The position numbers and the translations under genes were made by a program. The notes under the pieces are model-generated. The model was not told the origin of the DNA and searched no databases. It saw nothing but the letters and a program-made list of their open reading frames with translations. From Myxococcales bacterium (GTDB taxonomy: Bacteria; Myxococcota_A; UBA9042): a stretch of DNA of 21,838 nucleotides. Location: contig JBBISH010000108.1 of assembly GCA_037441385.1 (NCBI GenBank), positions 1 through 21,838 of the forward strand, in the 5' to 3' direction. This document shows, in pieces, positions 6,907 through 13,441 of the stretch (positions within the stretch are counted from its first letter, which is position 1; every line of letters begins with the position of its first letter).

Positions 6907-9015
6907 TCAGCGCACCAGGATGAACCAGTCGCCGGTGTTCAGCCCGCCGTTCGACCAGTTGCTCATGTAGCCCGGGCTGCTGGACCAGTGGTACGCGGAC
7001 GCCACGCAGGCCGAGCCCTTGGCATCGACCCAGCCCCAGTTCACGTTCTCGTACTGCGGGGTGGTGATGGGGCCGCCCATGTAGAAGTCGTCGGCGCCGT
7101 TCGAGCCCAGGCGCTTCTGGCCGCTGGTGTCGTACCAATTGCTGCTGTCCGTAATGTTGACCGCGGCGCCGGCTTGCATGTAGTTGCTGTTGAACAAGTC
7201 CGCGGTTGCTTTGGGGAACGCGACATCCACGGTCGCGCCTTGCAGGCTGGTGCGGGCGTTTTCGTTGTCGAAGCATACAAAGCGCATGCCGTCGGCAATC
7301 GAGATCGAGTTGAGCAACAGGTACTTGGACTGCAATGCCGGGTTGATGGTCGCAATGTTCGGGTCGACGACGCTGGTGCCGTGGCGATCAAAGTTGGCCG
7401 GTGCCAAACGGCGCGCCGATAGCACCAGCGTCCAGCCGCCGCCCGCGGTGGTCATGTCGCACCAGGCTTTGAAGGCGTCGGTGGGGTCGCCGCCCGTGGG
7501 ATCGATGGTGTAGACGCCGTCGGGGGCAGAGGGGTTGGCGATCTTGATCGCGCGGCAGTCCTTGTCGTAGCCGCCGGCCACGTAGGTCCACAGTTTGCCG
7601 TTGCAGACTTGCAGGGTCGTGCCGGTCCAGCGCAGCGCGCCCGCCCGGCTGGTGTCGCACTGCGGGTCGGTACCCACCACCACGGCGCCGCTGACCAGCA
7701 TGTTGCCGTTGACCGCCACCTTCTTGTTGGACAAGGTCTGGATGCGCAGCGACCAGTTGAAGGTGCCGTCCAGGCCGCCCGAGCCGCCGCCGGACTTCAG
7801 GTCCTTGACGATGATCGACCAGGTGCCCTTGATGTTCTTGCCCACCCAATCGCCGCTCAAATTGCCGGATACGATGGGGGTCGTGTCGTTGAAGTCGGCG
7901 GTCAGCTTGGTGCCGGTCGAGCCGCCGTCGTACAGCACGTACGGCGTGCTGATGCCGGGACCATAGAGTTCCACGCGTACGCCGCTCAGGTCCGAGTTGG
8001 CGATGACCATGTTCACCCAGACTTTTTGCGCCACGCCGATGTCGGGGAAGTCCAGGGTGTCGGTCACGCCGGCGCCCAAACCGTCTTTGATGGCGACGTT
8101 GGCGGTGCCGGCGGTCGAGTCGACGAATTGGTTCGAGATGAGGCCATTGCTGACCTCGTCCAGGCCGTCGGGCGGCAGATCGCCGGGCTTGATGGCCTGG
8201 CAGTCCAAGCTGCCGTCTTTGTTGTAGCCCTTGTTGAACAGGCCGGTGCCGCACGACTTGCCCACCTGCGGGATGCCGGGGGTGTTCTTTAGGTCGGCGT
8301 AGTCGCCGCTGCTGGCCACCTTGGCCAACGTGGGCGCACCGCTCAGGTCGGCGTAGGCGCCCGTGGCCGCCACTTTCGCGAGCGACGACGCCTGTACATA
8401 GTTGGTCAGATCCGTCGCTTTGGCATAGGCGCCCAGGTCGCTGGTCTTGGCATACGCGGCCAGGTCGCTCGCCTTGGCATAGGCAGCCAAATCGGCCGAC
8501 TTGGCATACGCGGCCAGATCCGAGGCCTTGGCGTACACCGTCAAATCAGACGACTTTGCATAGGGCTGCAGGATCGCGGCATCCAGTGCGCCGGCCTTGA
8601 TGCAACCCGAGCAGTCCAACTGCTCCGCCACGGCGGCCCGCAATGCGTACAGCACTGCGCCCAGCGGCTGCCGGGGAAGCTCAGGATCGGCGCCCACTTG
8701 CATGCCCAGCCAAGCCCCACTCAGCTTGAGGTTGTCGGGCACCAGCACGGTCTTGCTGCCCAGCATGTAGCTGAACTGGCCGCTCTTGGTGGTGACGGAG
8801 ACCGGCCCCTCGGTCCAAACGGCCGTGCCGCCCACCGCGGCCGGGTAGATCGCAAAGGTGACGCTGTAGGTGCCGTCCGCCGCCGGCCCGCCACCTGCGG
8901 ACATCAACACCCCTTCTACAGCGCTGGTACTGGGGACTGCAGCTGCCGCAGGCAGCGCGAAAAATGCTGCGGCGGCGAAAAGCGACGCCAACCACCAAGA
9001 ACGACCACGGAACAT
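6907..9015 (-). CDS. Secreted mosaic fibre protein (702 aa): fibre N-domain, 9-aa repeats, tail-fibre motifs, proprotein-convertase P-like domain, C-terminal fibrinogen-like (CDMxxxGGGW) domain
   Basis: GAGG RBS before ATG 9015 (MFRGRSWWLASLFAAAAFFALPAAA|AVP). N-domain aligns with the 1..1027 protein. Two LAKVAxxGxYxDL motifs; P-domain-like segment IKDGLGAGVTDTLDFPD...VRVELYGPG...GTWSIIVKD...NWSLRI; CDTSRAGALRWTGTTLQVCNG; DCRAIKIANPSAPDGVYTIDP...FKAWCDMTTAGGGWTLV. Confidence 0.88.
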   Translation of the reverse strand: MFRGRSWWLASLFAAAAFFALPAAAAVPSTSAVEGVLMSAGGGPAADGTYSVTFAIYPAAVGGTAVWTEGPVSVTTKSGQFSYMLGSKTVLVPDNLKLSGAWLGMQVGADPELPRQPLGAVLYALRAAVAEQLDCSGCIKAGALDAAILQPYAKSSDLTVYAKASDLAAYAKSADLAAYAKASDLAAYAKTSDLGAYAKATDLTNYVQASSLAKVAATGAYADLSGAPTLAKVASSGDYADLKNTPGIPQVGKSCGTGLFNKGYNKDGSLDCQAIKPGDLPPDGLDEVSNGLISNQFVDSTAGTANVAIKDGLGAGVTDTLDFPDIGVAQKVWVNMVIANSDLSGVRVELYGPGISTPYVLYDGGSTGTKLTADFNDTTPIVSGNLSGDWVGKNIKGTWSIIVKDLKSGGGSGGLDGTFNWSLRIQTLSNKKVAVNGNMLVSGAVVVGTDPQCDTSRAGALRWTGTTLQVCNGKLWTYVAGGYDKDCRAIKIANPSAPDGVYTIDPTGGDPTDAFKAWCDMTTAGGGWTLVLSARRLAPANFDRHGTSVVDPNIATINPALQSKYLLLNSISIADGMRFVCFDNENARTSLQGATVDVAFPKATADLFNSNYMQAGAAVNITDSSNWYDTSGQKRLGSNGADDFYMGGPITTPQYENVNWGWVDAKGSACVASAYHWSSSPGYMSNWSNGGLNTGDWFILVR
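8377..8565 (-). repeat. Intragenic 27-bp/9-aa tandem repeat (xYAKxSDLx) x7
   Basis: PYAKSSDLT VYAKASDLA AYAKSADLA AYAKASDLA AYAKTSDLG AYAKATDLT NYVQASSLA. Confidence 0.9.
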
Positions 9016-9233
9016 GATGTGCCTCGAATCCCGGGTCGGTCCGACCGGGCTAGCGCGGATGATAGGCCGACTTTGCGCCGGCCGCACGTCCAATTCGTGC
9101 AACTTGTCCATACGGCATTCGGAGTGGGGTGGCGGCGGGTTTGGCCCTGCGCCGGGCCGCGGCAAGGCCTATACTGTGCGCGGCGGGCGACAACGAGAGG
9201 GCAGGACTTGCAGCCTGCCGGTTGGAGGAACCG

Positions 9234-10133
9234 ATGCGGACTTGGTTGCTCAGTTTCCTTGCCGTTGGCGCAGTTGCCTGCGGTTCGGCGTCCACCACGC
9301 AAGGCTTGCCGGATGCGAACGACGCGGCCGACACGCAAGTCGCGGCAGACACGGTAGACGGCAGCGGCGACGGCTCGGCCGACATGGCCGCGGATCTCGT
9401 CGTCGACACGAGCCCGCCGCCCGACGCCCCGGACTCCGCGCCGATCGACACAGCCAGCGCCGATGTTCTGCCAGACGCAGCGGCGGCGGACGGCATGGGT
9501 GACTGCCTGGCCAGCGCCGACGTGGGTGCCCCCCAGTGCAGTGGCGGCGGCGCCCTGTATTTCCCCAGCTTCAGCAAGGCCTGCAGCGCGGACAGCGACT
9601 GCATCGTCGCCGAGCACCAGATCAATTGCTGCGGTACCAAGGTGGCTTGGGGCCTGGCGGCGAGTGAAAAGTGCGCGTTCGACAGCGCCGAGGCCGTCTG
9701 CGAGAGCCAGTACCCTGGGTGCGGCTGCGCCCAGTTCATGACCCAGGCCGAAGACGGCTATACTTCCTTCAATGCTCAGGATTTTGCCGCACGCTGCACG
9801 ACGGGCCAGTGCCGCAGCTACGTCAAAGACGCCCTGCCAGAGTGCTCGCCAAGCGGATTGCAGGCCCCCAAGCCGGTCAAGGCCTGCAACGTCGACACCG
9901 ATTGCGACTTTTCGATCACCTTCGTCGACTGCTGTGGCTCGCTGCTCTTTACGGGCATTGCCAAATTCGCCAAGCCAGCCTACGACATCGTGCAGAAGAA
10001 GTGCCAAGACACCGCCGCCGTCTGCAAGTGCATGCCCAAGCCAACCATCTTGGACGACGGCAAGGAACTCACCACCAGCGCGGTGCCCGTGGCGTGCGTG
10101 AGCGGCAGCTGCCGGACGGGTGTGTCTCCATAA
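9234..10133 (+). CDS. Lipoprotein with two tandem copies of a Cys-rich domain of about 85 aa
   Basis: GGAGG RBS before ATG 9234; lipobox AVA-C; Asp-rich tether; duplicated pattern KACxxDxDC...xCCG...G.A...C......C.C....T..(E/D)DG......A.C..G.CR. Confidence 0.88.
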   Translation: MRTWLLSFLAVGAVACGSASTTQGLPDANDAADTQVAADTVDGSGDGSADMAADLVVDTSPPPDAPDSAPIDTASADVLPDAAAADGMGDCLASADVGAPQCSGGGALYFPSFSKACSADSDCIVAEHQINCCGTKVAWGLAASEKCAFDSAEAVCESQYPGCGCAQFMTQAEDGYTSFNAQDFAARCTTGQCRSYVKDALPECSPSGLQAPKPVKACNVDTDCDFSITFVDCCGSLLFTGIAKFAKPAYDIVQKKCQDTAAVCKCMPKPTILDDGKELTTSAVPVACVSGSCRTGVSP

Positions 10134-10175
10134 CGGATTGATTTGCGTCACCATCGCAGTCTGATCGCGCGTCGG

Positions 10176-11015
10176 TCACTGGCTAGTCGCCGTGGCTTGC
10201 TCGGCCAGACCGGCGATTGGCTCGGGCGGTCCCGGGAACCGCGGCTGGGTGTGCAAGACGGCCACGTCCAGCACGGCCTTGGCGCGGGCCAAATACTCGC
10301 GAAGGTAACTCCGCACGGCGGCGCGGGCCGACAGGTCCCGAGCGGCAAACCCAATCGCGTCCATGCCTTGCGCTTGCGCCAGAAAGATCGCGCGCTCGGC
10401 GTGCCAGCGCTGCGAGACCACCACGGGCCGGAGCACGCCGAACACGCTGCGACAGCGGACCACCGAGTCCAGAGTACGGAACCCAGCGTAGTCCAAAATG
10501 ATCGCCGACGCCGCCACCCCGCGCGCGACCAGCGCACTCCGCATGGCCGACACCTCGTCGTATTCGTCGCGACCGTTGTCGCCGCTGACCAGCAGCAACC
10601 GTACCTTGCCCGCACGCCACAGGGCTGCGGCTGCATCCATGCGATAGTCAAAGAACGGGTTGGGTTGCCCGCTGGACAGCAGCGGGTTGGTTCCCAGAAC
10701 CAGGCCCACTTCGCGCCGCGGCACCTCGGCAACGTCGCCATACACGCGGGGCGCCGAATCGGCCGCCACGTGCCCATAGGACCACGCCACAAAGATGGCC
10801 GAGACGACCGCCAACACCGCCAGCAGCCAGCGGACCCAGCGCCGCCGCAACGGTCGCAGCGCCCACAGGAGCAGCCCGCGTAGAACGGACCAGAGCGCCC
10901 CGCCCAGCCAGCGCACCGCGCTCACAAGCCCGCGAACTGCCAGTAGGACCCAGCTCGTCGCGGCGCCGAAGCCAGAGGCCAGGCGAGTCGACCAGCGCGG
11001 CGTCGGTTTGGCCAT
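10176..11015 (-). CDS. sanA: SanA/YdcF (DUF218, ElyC/SanA) family membrane-anchored protein
   Basis: AGGA RBS before ATG 11015; N-terminal TM helix; VGLVLGT...GQPNPFFDYRMDAAAALWRAGKV..LLVSGDN..DEYDEV.AM..ALV.RGV....I.LDYAGFRTLDSVVR...VFG.....VSQ.WH.ERAIFLA...REYLARAKAVLD...PRFPG are hallmark SanA motifs. Confidence 0.93.
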   Translation of the reverse strand: MAKPTPRWSTRLASGFGAATSWVLLAVRGLVSAVRWLGGALWSVLRGLLLWALRPLRRRWVRWLLAVLAVVSAIFVAWSYGHVAADSAPRVYGDVAEVPRREVGLVLGTNPLLSSGQPNPFFDYRMDAAAALWRAGKVRLLLVSGDNGRDEYDEVSAMRSALVARGVAASAIILDYAGFRTLDSVVRCRSVFGVLRPVVVSQRWHAERAIFLAQAQGMDAIGFAARDLSARAAVRSYLREYLARAKAVLDVAVLHTQPRFPGPPEPIAGLAEQATATSQ

Positions 11016-11144
11016 GCTTGTCCTGCGCGATCGGTGGTTGGGTCCTGCCCGGAGCGCCCCACGCCGCCCAAGGGTCCGTGATCGTTGCCGGGGGATTCGG
11101 TGCAATCCGTTTGAATCTGTCCGAAGACCTTGGCCCGAGGAGTT

Positions 11145-11170
11145 GCCCGAGTCTTCGATCCGACTCGGAC
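11145..11170. other. Intergenic hairpin CCGAGTC-N8-GACTCGG between the lipoprotein gene and sanA
   Basis: 7-bp perfect stem just downstream of the 11181 stop; no U-tract, so not a clear intrinsic terminator. Confidence 0.3.
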
Positions 11171-11180
11171 GGAACCGGCA

Positions 11181-12509
11181 TTACTTGCAAGTCGCTGCCA
11201 CGCATACGTTCTTGCCGCCATCTTTGCCGCAAGTGAGGTCGGGTCCACATTCGCCGGTGCAGCTCTCGCCCAGGCCTGGCTTGCCCTTGCAGGTGCCCGT
11301 CTGGTCGTCGCAGTCCAGGTCGCTCGCGCAGCGGAAGATGCCGTTGCCGCACTTTTCGCCCAGTTTGGGCGGGTCGATGCACTTGCCGTCCACGCAGGAG
11401 TAGGGCAGAAGGCACGAGAAATACTCCCCCTTCATCATGTCGCCCAGTTGGCAGGCCTCGCCCTTGGCGGGCAGGGCGCCGCACATTTTGCTGCCGGTCC
11501 CTACGCAGCCCAGGTCCCACGCGCCGCACTGAACGCTGGTGGTGCAGGCGCCACCGATCGAGACTTTCTTTTGGCACTTGCCCGGCTTCATGATGCTGTC
11601 GCTGATGCAGACCAGGCCCGCCGCGCAGCCGGATTCGCTGGGCGAGGCCGCCGGCTTGCAGGTCGCGCCTTCGGCCGCGGGCATGCTGCACACCGTCTTG
11701 CCAGTGCTGTCCTCCAGGCAAAGGGCCGGCGGCTGGCAGTCGCCGCTGCTGCTGCAGGGGCTGCCCGCGGGCAGATTGGACGTGCAGACCGGCTTGTCTG
11801 CGCCCCACTTGCAGAAGGTCCCGTCGGCGCACGTGTGCCCGCCGTCGCAGGACTCGCCCGCCTTTGCCGGCGTGTTGGCCTGGCATTTTTGGTCCAGGCA
11901 GACGAGTTCGCCCGCGCAGCGATCCGCATCGGCGCAATTGGTTCCGGCGGCCAGCGGGGCCTTGCACACGCCGGCGCTGCACGCCGGATTCAGCTTGCTG
12001 CACCAACCGTTGGCGCAGTGCTCGTCGCGGCCGCAGTCTTTGCCGTCGGCGCTCAATCCCACGAATACGGTCTTGCAGGCGCCGACGTCGGCCTTGGCGT
12101 TGGCCTTGACCGCCGCGCAGTCGCCCTTGAGCATCGCGATGCAGTTGCCAGCAGCCGCCGGGTCGAACTTGGTCTTGCCGGCCTGCACATCCGCGAGGAT
12201 GGGGGCGATGCTGCCGAGCACCGACGTGTACATGCTCTGGCACCCCTGCATCGTCGCCAGGGGCAGAGCCGCCTGCATGTCTGGGCATTTGGTGATGGCT
12301 GCGCACATCGCGTCGGCGACCGCCTTGGGGAACTCCTCGATGCTCACGCTGCCGCCCGTGCCGCCGCCGCTGTCGCCCACGGCATCGCTGCTGCTGGTCG
12401 CGTCGCCGCTTGAGCCGGAATTGCCGCCGCTGGCGCCGCTGCTGGCCCCGCAAGCTGCGAAGGTGAGCGCCAGGGACAGGCCGGCGCCGAGTTGGAGTGC
12501 ATGGTTCAT
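11181..12509 (-). CDS. Cys-rich lipoprotein (442 aa): helical Cys-containing N-domain followed by short GxxC...C...C..GxC repeats (Dickkopf/EB-like)
   Basis: True start inferred at ATG 12509 (MNHALQLGAGLSLALTFAA-C) from the lipobox and the upstream promoter. The ORF-track extension to 13112 has no signal peptide. Confidence 0.88.
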   Translation of the reverse strand: MNHALQLGAGLSLALTFAACGASSGASGGNSGSSGDATSSSDAVGDSGGGTGGSVSIEEFPKAVADAMCAAITKCPDMQAALPLATMQGCQSMYTSVLGSIAPILADVQAGKTKFDPAAAGNCIAMLKGDCAAVKANAKADVGACKTVFVGLSADGKDCGRDEHCANGWCSKLNPACSAGVCKAPLAAGTNCADADRCAGELVCLDQKCQANTPAKAGESCDGGHTCADGTFCKWGADKPVCTSNLPAGSPCSSSGDCQPPALCLEDSTGKTVCSMPAAEGATCKPAASPSESGCAAGLVCISDSIMKPGKCQKKVSIGGACTTSVQCGAWDLGCVGTGSKMCGALPAKGEACQLGDMMKGEYFSCLLPYSCVDGKCIDPPKLGEKCGNGIFRCASDLDCDDQTGTCKGKPGLGESCTGECGPDLTCGKDGGKNVCVAATCK

Positions 12510-12551
12510 GGTGGTTTCGCCCCGGGCGGCACGCTGGCCGACTTGGCGCGT

Positions 12552-12580
12552 AGAATGGGCGCCAGCCCCTGGGGTGTCAA
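12552..12580 (-). promoter_or_regulatory. Putative sigma70-type promoter for the 12509 gene
   Basis: Minus strand TTGACA (12580-12575), 17 nt spacer, CATTCT (12557-12552), about 40 nt upstream of ATG 12509. Confidence 0.6.
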
Positions 12581-12692
12581 TGCTGTGCGGCACTTGCCTG
12601 CGGCCGGTTGGGGGAGTCTTTGCGGCTGCGCTCTCCAGAGGCGCTACGGCACGCAACCCCACAAATTCACATGCAAGCAACTGCTGTTGAAG

Positions 12693-12998
12693 GGGGGTGC
12701 AGACATGGGTGGTGCAGGCGTTGTTGTCGTTGCAGTCGGTGTTGACGCTGCAGGCCGGCGTGGGGTCGCTGTTGGCCAAGTTCTGGTACACACCGACGCC
12801 GCTGTAGGTGTTGCGGACTTCGACCGCACACGGATAGTTGTTGTTGCAGCTCATGGCCTTGCCCGCGGTGCACACGCCAGCCTTGCAGCTGTCTCCAGCG
12901 GTGCAGCTTTCCCCAGCGGTGCACTTGTCGCCAGCGGTGCCGTTGCTGCCGTCGTCGCGGGCCGAGCCGGTGAGCTGCCCGTGCACGCACGTGGTCGT
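12693..12998 (-). pseudogene. Decayed fragment of a CDDGNxCTxDxC-repeat protein
   Basis: TTCVHGQLTGSARDDGSNGTAGDKCTAGESCTAGDSCKAGVCTAGKAMSCNNNYPCAVEVRN...CSVNTDCNDNNACTTHVCTP. Consensus Cys/Asp residues are replaced through single-base changes (C>R, C>G, D>N, D>H). No start or signal peptide. Confidence 0.65.
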
Positions 12999-13348
12999 TG
13001 CCTGCAGACGGCTAGGGCAGCGATCAGAAACCCGAACCTGCAGCCAAACTTCGCGGCGGGTCGCGGCCGTGCTGGGCATTTGGGGGCCCGCTTGCGACCC
13101 ACTGAGCAGCAACGAGTTTTCGCCAGCGAGTTGTCACGTTGCTCTGGAGCTTGGAGAATGATGATTGGTGCTCTAGGTCTTTGCGCAGTCTGGCGCCGCT
13201 GCGGCCGCCTTGGCTGCGGCGGTCCGCCGTCAAGGGCAGTGGGCTGGGCGCAAGTTCGTTCCGCTGCTCGATTTTTGCCAGACGCCTCGCTCATTCACCC
13301 GGCCGCGCTTCGCCAAGCCCGGGCCCCATGGCTTGCCCGAATGTGCGG

Positions 13349-13377
13349 TTGACGCTATAGGGCGCGCCAAGTACGCT
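13349..13377 (+). promoter_or_regulatory. Putative sigma70-type promoter for the 13442 gene
   Basis: TTGACG (13349-13354), 17 nt spacer, TACGCT (13372-13377), 65 nt upstream of ATG 13442. Confidence 0.65.
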
Positions 13378-13441
13378 GGCCGCCATCTACCCCCGCGGCG
13401 CCAGCCCCAAACCAGCCACCGCGGGCATGGGGGGTGTCTGA

